A stretch of 64,000 nt of DNA from a virus. The notes under the pieces are model-generated. The model made no database searches. It saw nothing but the letters and a program-made list of their open reading frames with translations, and was not told the origin of the DNA. Where the stretch lies: IMG/VR virus record IMGVR_UViG_3300043411_000610, positions 26,678 through 90,677 of that record. One strand, 5' to 3'. Shown here in pieces: positions 55,554 through 64,000 of this stretch (within the stretch, counting starts at the first letter, position 1; the number at the start of each line of letters is the position of its first letter). Both the position numbers and the translations under genes were made by a program.

Positions 55554-57398
55554 ATTTGACGAAATAAAGAAACTGAACTAATATATAATCATGAACATCA
55601 CGATTCCCAGAGAACATGAAAATCCGGCAGATTGTCAGCTAATTCTGGCACTGACTGGACCACAGGCAGAGATTATTAGTAAGTTGCAACGAATCGTAAT
55701 AGACCTACACAATGGGGCGAAACCTAGACAGGGCACCGCTTTGCGCACATATTTGACGGAAACTACAATCACTCCTATTTGGAACGGAACACAATATTAA
55801 ATTAATACACTATTATGGGAACACGATCAACAACACACGTTTATGACGAAAAAGATCGTCATGTTATTACGCTTTATCGGCAATTCGATGGTTATATCAA
55901 AGGTGGACACGGTGAGGACCTACAGAAATTTCTTAGCGATAGGAAAATTGTAAATGGTTATACAATTGGTGATACCGAAGCAAATAAAGTTAGTAATGGT
56001 ATGAATTGCTTGGCGGCAATGATTGTTTCACATTTTAAGAAAGATATGGGCGGTTTCTATATTACGGCAGAAGATGATACTGAGGAATTTGATTATTACA
56101 TTCGTTATAAAGATGGACGAGTATCACTGACCGTCAAACATAATGGAGATGAGCAAGAACTTCCACTTTATAATGAAAATTCGAAATTCGTTAATTGACA
56201 AACAGTTAAACTAAACTAATATATAACTATGATTGCGACATTCTCTGTTTATCAGTTATCAGGTGTTGAACGCATTCGTTCAACAGATTTTTATTCTTAT
56301 AAAGTAGATGGGGATAATGCAGTATTATTTGTCGTCTCTGATTCAGTCGATAATTTCGTGTCAGATTATCCAACACGAAATTATTGGAGAATTATCGGTG
56401 ATTCAGGTCATTTGAAAAACGAAGAAAAATAAATTTGACAAAAGAATAAAACCAAACTAATATAACTATATGCAAACGAAAACACAAATTCTTCAAACTC
56501 TGTTCTCTAAGAAAGGTCAATTTGGCAATGTTCTGATTGAACGACCGATGAAAGTTCGTAAGGGTTATAATGATATTCCTGTAAAAAAGACAAGGATGTC
56601 AGTTCGATGTGGACTTGATTATGATAATATGGCAACGGTAAAGGAAAAGCGGGAAACCGGTGAATTACCTTCACAAAATGCGGGATTGCAGAATGGTATG
56701 GAATGGGTTGCATTTCCATACTTGCTTAAACATAAGGAAAAGAATAAGGAATATCTTCGTCTTTATCCTAATTGGGCGGGAAAAACAGAGACAACTTATT
56801 ATCTTAATGATAAACAAGTTCAGTTGGATGAAATTCGCGAAATGCTACTTGCCAGTGAATTGCCAAAGAAAGACGATTCAACAAAACCAGATTGTATCAG
56901 TGTTTCACTTGACAATGTGCGAGAACTAGTGTAATATACTCATATGAAAGATGAGAACAATGCTATTGGATTAGGTTTTATTATTGGATGTGTCGTGACT
57001 CTATGTGCAATACTCGCACTAAAGATCACACCAAAGCATGTTAATGAACGATGGGAAAAAGAATTGATCTCAAAAGGTCTTGGAAAATACGTTATTGACA
57101 CCGAAAAGAATATAAAATTTGAATGGATTGACAAATGAAACTTCCTTCTCAATTTCTAATTAAATCCGATTTGGCTGAAAAGACAGTTGGGAAATTTTGG
57201 ATATTAATTGACATATGATCATTGCACTAACAATCATAATCGGCCTTTTCATTTTCTGGTTTATTGGCCACCTAGAAGACAAATATAATAACTTTTTTTG
57301 GAAAATATTAATTGGATGGCTGTTATGTATTGTTATCAGTGGAATTGTTTCGCTCCTAGCATGTATTGGATGGATTATTCATATCGGTTTAATGCATA

Positions 57399-58091
57399 AT
57401 GAAAGCATTTAATTGGCTTAAAAAAGAAAAGGACTTAACGGTTCTAGTCAGTGGTGGAATTGATTCAATTGCGGCCTCACATTGGTTAAAATTTCGATTT
57501 AGGCGAAATATTTCGGTGATTCATTTTAATCATCGAGTTCAGCCTGCAAATGAATTGATGGAATCACAGGTGATTGCCTTTTGCGAAGCATATAACATGC
57601 CTCTGACGGTCATTCACCGAACAGACACACAATCAGACTTGAGTGAAGCACATATGCGCCAATGGCGTCTAAATGAGTTACAAAAGATTGGTGGTGATAA
57701 AAAATATGTGACTGGACACCACATAGGCGATGTAGTCGAGTGTTATGTTGCAAATTTTATAACGGGTAATCCCGAATATGTGCCAATGTCTGAACGAACA
57801 GATTTCGGTAATTTTGAAATTCTTCATCCTTTTTTGTTGACAACCAAAGAAGATATGCTAAAATATATTAGGCAAAACGGTGCATATCGGTTTGTTGTAG
57901 AAGACCCGACTAATAAACAAAATTGCTATAGACGAAATTCAATCCGAAATCAGATTATTCCGCTTATTAATCAGTGGACAAATTTAGAAACAATAGTAAA
58001 ACATAAATTCTATTCAAAAAGTCCTCGGTGTGTTGTCTATCGTGATGATTCACGAGTAGAAATTATTGATCACGATAACAAAGACGAATAA
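57399..58091 (+). CDS. tilS: tRNA(Ile)-lysidine synthetase-like PP-loop ATPase (catalytic domain only)
   Basis: VSGGIDS, HFNH, R..R, TGHH..D..E, HPFL...K and EDPTN....YRRN.IR motifs. Confidence 0.85.
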   Translation: MKAFNWLKKEKDLTVLVSGGIDSIAASHWLKFRFRRNISVIHFNHRVQPANELMESQVIAFCEAYNMPLTVIHRTDTQSDLSEAHMRQWRLNELQKIGGDKKYVTGHHIGDVVECYVANFITGNPEYVPMSERTDFGNFEILHPFLLTTKEDMLKYIRQNGAYRFVVEDPTNKQNCYRRNSIRNQIIPLINQWTNLETIVKHKFYSKSPRCVVYRDDSRVEIIDHDNKDE

Positions 58092-58389
58092 TTAGTATGA
58101 AAAAAAGTATTAAAAAATTTATTGCATGGGTTAATTAAGAACGATTGTTAAAAAGAAATTTTATGATAAAAACAGATTTACAGCTTGCTAAAGAATATAT
58201 TGGTATTTTGCTGGGACTATTAGAAATTGCACCACATGATAAACGTGTATGGTTGGAAAATAATGACTATAAAGTATGCGATCCTAATTTTTGGGGTGTT
58301 TATAAACAAATGGCCGAAGACGCCAAAAACTGCGCAACATTATTCATTTCTCAACTTGACAGACAATAAAAATAGGATATAATTAAACC

Positions 58390-59991
58390 ATGAAAACACT
58401 AGCAGATTTTACACCAGAAATTAGGGCAAAAATTCCACAATATATTGCAGAAGGATTGGCTGGAGTTTTTGACGGTGGCCAATATAATTCATTTGATTTG
58501 GAAAAGGCGAAAGCAGCGGTATTTTATAATTATGAACAATGCGGATACAAAAGACCAATTGTTTTGGTTACTGAAAATCCTGTAGAACAGCAATTACTAT
58601 TCAATTATTTGAAATTGTTGTTGAAGAATGATTCTCAGTTGGATTCTCAGTTGGATTCTCAGTTGGATTCTCAGTTGGATTCTCAGTTGGATTCTCAGTT
58701 GTATTCTCAGTTGCGTTCTCAGTTGGATTCTCAGTTGAGTTCTCAGTTGTATTCTCAGTTGCGTTCTCAGTTGTATTCTCAGTTGCGTTCTCAGTTGGAT
58801 TCTCAGTTGGGTTCTCAGTTGGGTTCTCAGTTGGATTCTCAGTTGAGTTCTCAGTTACGTTCTCAGTTGGATTCTCAGTTACGTTCTCAGTTGGATTCTC
58901 AGTTACGTTCTCAGTTGGGTTCTCAGTTGGGTTCTCAGTTGGATTCTCAGTTGGATTCTCAGTTGGGTTCTCAGTTGGATTCTCAGTTGGATTCTCAGTT
59001 GTATTCTCAGTTGGGTTCTCAGTTGTATTCTCAGTTGTATTCTCAGTTGGGTTCTCAGTTGGATTCTCAGTTGGGTTCTCAGTTGGGTTCTCAGTTGGGT
59101 TCTCAGTTGGATTCTCAGTTGAGTGAATACAATAATTCATATCTACTTACACTGAATGTCCATAGCAATTATTATTTCCAGTGGTATAACTTTATTCACA
59201 AAGAATTTGGCTTGTCTTTGACCGTTGAGGACGCATTCGCCAATTTCAGAACGCTTCAACGCGAATCAGGAATTTATTCTGCGATCTTCTCTGAAGCATT
59301 TTGTGTAGTCTGTAAATATCCAAAAAAAGTTTGGCGTGATAATCAAAATAGAATGCACAATACCAATGGATTAGCCGTTGAATGGGGTAATTATGGTGAA
59401 CACACTAAATTTGATTGTAACTATGTTCACGGTCGATTTGTTCCGCCCCAAAGTTTTTCAAAAGTAATGGATAAATCATATTCTGTAGAAGATTTCCTGA
59501 AGGAAACCAATGAGGAGCATAAATCTGCAATTATTAATCTACTTCAAGAAAAATGGGGTGACGATTATCTAGTGGCTTTCTTTAAGAGTTGTCTTACTGA
59601 GGTTGATAATTATGTTCATAAAAAGCTACCAAAATATTTAAATGGAACAACTAGGGGGCAAAATATTGGAGTATATACCTTGTTTAGAGGTAATATCAAT
59701 AATACTGCTATTGCTTATGTTCGGTGTTATTGTCCATCTTCAGATCGAATGTTTTTCTTGGGTGTTCATCCTAGTAATACCAATGCAAAAGATGCAATTG
59801 CATCCCTTTACAGAATTCCACGTAAACTGGTGAATGAAATTGAAAATATTACCCGACAGGGCGAAAGATACTGCACAACATTTTCCAAAAATGGCTTGAC
59901 TCTGCTAGAAAACATGGTAGATTCAGATGTAAAGGATTTGGTTAGCATTAGCGGAGCCCAATACTTTGATAAACTCACATACGAATACTAA
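58390..59991 (+). CDS. Tetrapeptide-repeat phage protein (DUF6745-like C-terminal region)
   Basis: 41 x SQL[DYRSG], followed by YP....D..NR.H...G.A.EW and C.CPS..R.F.L.V motifs. Confidence 0.75.
   Translation: MKTLADFTPEIRAKIPQYIAEGLAGVFDGGQYNSFDLEKAKAAVFYNYEQCGYKRPIVLVTENPVEQQLLFNYLKLLLKNDSQLDSQLDSQLDSQLDSQLDSQLYSQLRSQLDSQLSSQLYSQLRSQLYSQLRSQLDSQLGSQLGSQLDSQLSSQLRSQLDSQLRSQLDSQLRSQLGSQLGSQLDSQLDSQLGSQLDSQLDSQLYSQLGSQLYSQLYSQLGSQLDSQLGSQLGSQLGSQLDSQLSEYNNSYLLTLNVHSNYYFQWYNFIHKEFGLSLTVEDAFANFRTLQRESGIYSAIFSEAFCVVCKYPKKVWRDNQNRMHNTNGLAVEWGNYGEHTKFDCNYVHGRFVPPQSFSKVMDKSYSVEDFLKETNEEHKSAIINLLQEKWGDDYLVAFFKSCLTEVDNYVHKKLPKYLNGTTRGQNIGVYTLFRGNINNTAIAYVRCYCPSSDRMFFLGVHPSNTNAKDAIASLYRIPRKLVNEIENITRQGERYCTTFSKNGLTLLENMVDSDVKDLVSISGAQYFDKLTYEY
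58633..59124 (+). repeat. Coding tandem repeat, 41 x 12 nt
   Basis: Unit TCTCAGTT[G/A]NNT, where NNT = GAT, GGT, TAT, CGT or AGT. Confidence 0.96.
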
Positions 59992-59994
59992 ATT

Positions 59995-60243
59995 ATGCAA
60001 ACACAAACACTAGAAAAGAAATCAGTCGCACCATCATCATCACACGGTCATTTTATTACTGATCACGAACAAGTAATTGACTTGGACCTTGTAAACGAAA
60101 CATTTCATGTCAAAACTGGCGGAAAACCTACGCGAATGGAAACACATAATCATACGACTTTGCATATTCAGCGAGATTGTTTAGTGACGTGCCAGATGGT
60201 TTACAATCCGTTTTCTGAAATGTTTAATCGAAGTGTTGATTGA
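59995..60243 (+). CDS. Small His-rich partner of the repeat protein
   Basis: SHGH...THNH...Q..YNPF....RSVD; starts 3 nt after the upstream stop. Confidence 0.55.
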   Translation: MQTQTLEKKSVAPSSSHGHFITDHEQVIDLDLVNETFHVKTGGKPTRMETHNHTTLHIQRDCLVTCQMVYNPFSEMFNRSVD

Positions 60244-60628
60244 ATACATATAAATATTTTTGTTGATTCCCAAGAAAAGTAAAAAACATAAATTCTATTC
60301 AAAATGAGTGTCCAAATTAAAGATATTACAGTGACCAGAACAATGTGTTATTCACCAGAAACATATATTACATGCTGTGAAGAAGAAAATGAGGTTCCTA
60401 CCCAAGAAGGGTTTCTTGAATTCGTTCAAAGTTATTTTGATGAAGATTTTGAAGATGGTGTAGGTTCACAACAAATCATTATTGGCGAACCAAAGATTTT
60501 GGTTGAAGTCCTTGGTGGAGTTGCCTATTGTGATGATTCACGGGTGGAAATTATTGATCACGATAACAAACACGAGTGATTATGACACAAATAACTTGAC
60601 AGACAATAAAAATAAGACATACTACACT

Positions 60629-61995
60629 ATGGAAAAAGAAATTGAAATCGACGGAAAGACATATATCATTGACATTAAGCGTGCAATTGAACAAAAATTG
60701 TTATGTCCAACATTAAAGAAACATGATCTACAATATGGTGATGTTTTTCGAAACTCGACATATAAAGATTATATGGTAATCATCCCGTTTGGTTATAATC
60801 GTGATCAACTCCGATATTATGTTGCTGGATGTCGAACACTTATACTTCAACCCTTTAGTGTGATTAATGAGAGTTATGAAAAAAATGGATTTACTAAAGA
60901 AGAAATGCTTGATTATCTTCAACGAAGAAGCTATGAATTTGTGGCTAATATCAATGTGCAAATCGAAGAACTTCTTAAACTGGTTCAAAAATGAAAAAAT
61001 ATGTGGTCGGTGATGAGGTTGAACTAAACGAAGTGCCGGATGAAAATAACCAAAACGGCATGATTTCACAAATCTTTGATGATCATCTGATCGTTCTGGT
61101 ATATAATTTTGAATCAGAAGAAAGCGATCAAGTCATTTTTTATAAAGGAATGACCGAATCAACAGACGGAAACTTCAAACTATATAATCCATTTGAATGA
61201 ATAACCGAGAAATACACTCAATAAAAGTTGTTTTTGATGATCACGATTTTCTATATACCAAAATTTATGGGACCGTAAAAGAAATAATGGCTCATTATTC
61301 ACATACTTTTGTTGATTCACAAGAAAGACCTAGAAAAGTAAAAACCGTAACTTTTATTTGACAACTAAACATAAACAGAGTAAATTAAAAACATGATGAA
61401 AGAAATTAATATTGATGGCCAAACCTATCTAGTGGACGTTGATCTTGCACTTAAACAAGGTTTGTTGAAAGTGAAGAAAACTTACCAAACTGGGCAAAAA
61501 TTTACACTAACAAGGATAGGTGCAAACGAGGAATATATGATTGTGGAACCTCTGGCTGGCTATGTATGCATAATTAATATGCAAACAGGTGTAAGATGGT
61601 CCGATATGTGTTCGGTTAATAATGTTTGGGCTATAACAGAAGATGAATTTCGGGTTCTTACTGGTAGTGAGCCCGAATTATTCAAACAAATTTCATAAAT
61701 TATGAAAACAACGATTAATATTGATGGCGTAGATTACGAAGTTGATTTGTCCGAAGCGATTAAACAAGGACTTATTAAACGCCAAATATCTTATAAGAGA
61801 GGGCAGAAATTTCGCGGTCCAGGTGGAGATTATATTCTTGCACAGACTGCTCCTAATTACGTGGCATTAATTGGACTTGACTGCGGTAATAGACATAAAG
61901 ACCCAATTAAAGTAGATCATAATCAACGAATTACAGAGCAAGAATTTAATTTGATGTGTGGACGTTCGGTTGGAAAATTCACATTGATTAGTTGA
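60629..61995 (+). other. Three paralogous small genes (60629-60994, 61393-61698, 61702-61995)
   Basis: Shared N-terminus I.IDG..Y.VD...A..Q.L. Confidence 0.7.
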
Positions 61996-62005
61996 TTTTT
62001 AAAAT

Positions 62006-62092
62006 GACCCTGTGGTGGAATTGGTTTTACACTCATCTCTCAAAAAGATGCGAATCGGAAGATTCATGCGGGTTCGACTCCCGCCAGGGTTA
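62006..62092 (+). tRNA. tRNA-Leu(CAA)
   Basis: Acceptor GACCCTG/CAGGGTT, anticodon arm CATCT-CTCAAAA-AGATG, long variable arm GAATC-GGAA-GATTC, T arm GCGGG-TTCGACT-CCCGC. No encoded CCA. Confidence 0.93.
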
Positions 62093-62237
62093 ATATTTCA
62101 CTTAAAAAGTAGTTGACAAAGATTGTTAGTGTGTTAAGTTAAAGAAGTTGGAGATTACAATCCTATACATTAATAGATAAAAGAAGTAAGTGAAAAGATA
62201 ATTAAAGAATTAAGGTATAGGTTTTTAGTTTCTAAAT

Positions 62238-62448
62238 GTAGATGAGTTGAAAAGACAGGGAACATGTAAGAACTCCAAGTGATGAAAATGCAATGAGTAT
62301 ATCACGTAAAGCATATTATTGACCTAATGGGTAAAACGATTGCATCGTGAATATTCGCGGAAACCTAATAAACAAAATATTCTTCGTCATGGTTGATATT
62401 AATTATTAGATACTCCCCGAACTTGGTTGAAACACCAACATCTACACC
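62238..62448 (+). ncRNA. tRNA-like / tmRNA-like RNA candidate
   Basis: Acceptor-like stem GTAGATG/CATCTAC + ACC, T-arm-like TTGGT-TGAAAC-ACCAA and a ~160-nt structured insert, inside the tRNA cluster. Confidence 0.5.
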
Positions 62449-62537
62449 CTTTCAAAAATTTAGTTGATAAAGTTGGTTAGTGTGTTAAGTTAAAGAGTTA
62501 GCGGAATTGATTTCCAAGTTATTAAACTTTGTTAAAA

Positions 62538-62613
62538 GTGCGTATGGCTGACGTGGTTTGTAAGCGACCCGCTCATAACGGGTAGAAAATTGGTTCGACT
62601 CCAATTGCGCACA
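62538..62613 (+). tRNA. tRNA with CAT anticodon (Met elongator or Ile2/lysidine)
   Basis: Acceptor GTGCGTA/TGCGCAC, anticodon arm ACCCG-CTCATAA-CGGGT, T arm ATTGG-TTCGACT-CCAAT. No encoded CCA. Confidence 0.9.
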
Positions 62614-62694
62614 GTCCTAAGAAATTCATCTACTTTCACGTAGTTTAGGATGTGGATACGAGTAAAATCGTTGAACCAAAAGATGAATAAAATA

Positions 62695-63168
62695 TCATTT
62701 GCTGACATTTTTCCCGCCAAATGTTTCAGTTTGCGAATGACAATTAGGGCATAATAAGCGCAAATTTTCAATTCTATTATCAAAACAGTTGCCATTGATA
62801 TGATCAACTTCCAATGATAATATCCTGCCGTTCCAAAGAGGTTTCAAACCACATGAAAAACATTCCTCTTTCCAAGAATGGCTTTCTATTAACCTTTTTT
62901 TAATATGATTTCCTGTTCTGCGATGTTTTCCTACAGTGAAATACTCATCATCAGACTTTTTGTATCCTTCAGGTGCATATGGACTACGGGAGATTTTATT
63001 ACCTTCATATTTTGAAGTATCTAATATTTTCAACCTCTCTTTTAATAGTTTCCTATTATATGGACATGTTTCACTTATGTTAATATGTCGTAGTATCGCA
63101 CTCATACTATTATGTAAGTTAATTATGTCTTGTAGTTCAATGTCGCTGTATTCGTTCAGTTTCTTCAT
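62695..63168 (-). CDS. HNH endonuclease next to the tRNA cluster
   Basis: CFSCG...W....L.LEVDHING...DNR.ENLRLLCPNCHSQT; TAAATA upstream. Confidence 0.9.
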   Translation of the reverse strand: MKKLNEYSDIELQDIINLHNSMSAILRHINISETCPYNRKLLKERLKILDTSKYEGNKISRSPYAPEGYKKSDDEYFTVGKHRRTGNHIKKRLIESHSWKEECFSCGLKPLWNGRILSLEVDHINGNCFDNRIENLRLLCPNCHSQTETFGGKNVSK

Positions 63169-64000
63169 AAAGGTTTCGATACTATTTATCTTCTTATGAG
63201 GGCAAATCAACTCTTGACAAAACCCCATTCAATCCTATAATTAACCATGTTTACATATTTTCAAAATCTTTACTACACGTTGACAAAAAACGAACAAGTC
63301 TTGTTTATTCGCAAAATCAAGCTATAATCATATGTATTACTATCATGTAACTTTTAGTGTCCAGTATGTTGCTGGTGAAGCACAAGAATCCACTGCACAT
63401 TTCACCCTGGATTATTACCCTAAAACAAAGGTAGGCGATTGTTTGACCAAAACACAATTGATTGAAATTAGACAACAATGCGAATATTGTGCTATACAGG
63501 CAAATAAAATGGTTGAAAATATAGAATTTTCACCAAAATCAGTCTCTATTATCTCGGTTTTAAAGATTTTAGATAGTGATTGGTCATAGAATTTCATTGA
63601 CAAATATCAAATTCATTGTATCATATTATATGTTTAAAAACATTGGACATAAAGAATTGAAGAAGGTTTTGGCCACTTTGGTCAAAGACAGTATTTTGCT
63701 GCTGAGTTCTGTGCCAAGACTTCCACGTAAAGGATATAAATTGATTATTGCCTTTCCTACAAATTTGATTCCTAGTGCAGTGAAAAGCCTTGAAATTTCA
63801 AATAATGGAAATCAAACATTTAATTTAGACTTTAATTATTAATTTATGAAAAAATGGAAAGAATATAAAGATGCACACGGTGTTCCTGATTATAAAGATG
63901 CACCACAACGCAAAAATCTTTGGCGTGCATATAAAGACGGAAAATCTTTTGGGCCTTTTGATGACAAAGATGCGGCACAAAAAATTAGCCATCTAGTTGA

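Noticed and set aside
58633-59124. 12-nt and 24-nt arrays as CRISPR arrays or DGR-diversified AAY codons
   Set aside because: There are no unique spacers and no cas genes, both arrays are in-frame coding repeats, and other adenines in the units are invariant.
58601-59140. Antisense ORFs over the repeats (58601-59140, 44987-45439, 45016-45381)
   Set aside because: They are open only because the repeat units lack stops; there is no promoter or domain support.
58020-60579. The 58020-58091 / 60507-60579 repeat pair as DGR template and variable repeats
   Set aside because: Mismatches include non-adenine positions (C/T, G/C) and an indel; a duplication scar explains it better.

Overview
AT-rich 64 kb fragment of a large lytic dsDNA phage of the T4-like/jumbo type. 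Evidence: clamp-loader subunit, NrdA/NrdB, ThyX, rIIA/rIIB, RadA-like ATPase, homing endonucleases, tRNAs and TAAATA late-promoter-like motifs. Layout: a short + strand block (1-5.0 kb); a long - strand block (5.06-34.4 kb) with a five-methyltransferase island, split CoaB/CoaC, cell-wall enzymes, nucleotide metabolism genes and Thg1; then a divergent promoter pair and a + strand early/accessory block (34.5-64 kb). The accessory block is made of small genes, many with their own TTGACA...TAnnnT promoter ending a few nt before the ATG (apparently leaderless). The most notable element is a retron-type reverse transcriptase (48210-49505) fused to an uncharacterised ~170-200 aa C-terminal domain and preceded by a 160-nt non-coding region with msr/msd-like folding. 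Other candidates are a 211-nt tRNA/tmRNA-like RNA in the tRNA cluster, an H-type pseudoknot RNA at 2.64-2.73 kb, a cytosine methyltransferase split by a 13-nt duplication, hairpin-gated homing endonucleases and two long coding tandem-repeat arrays. All family assignments are from motif recognition by eye; no database searches or folding programs were run.
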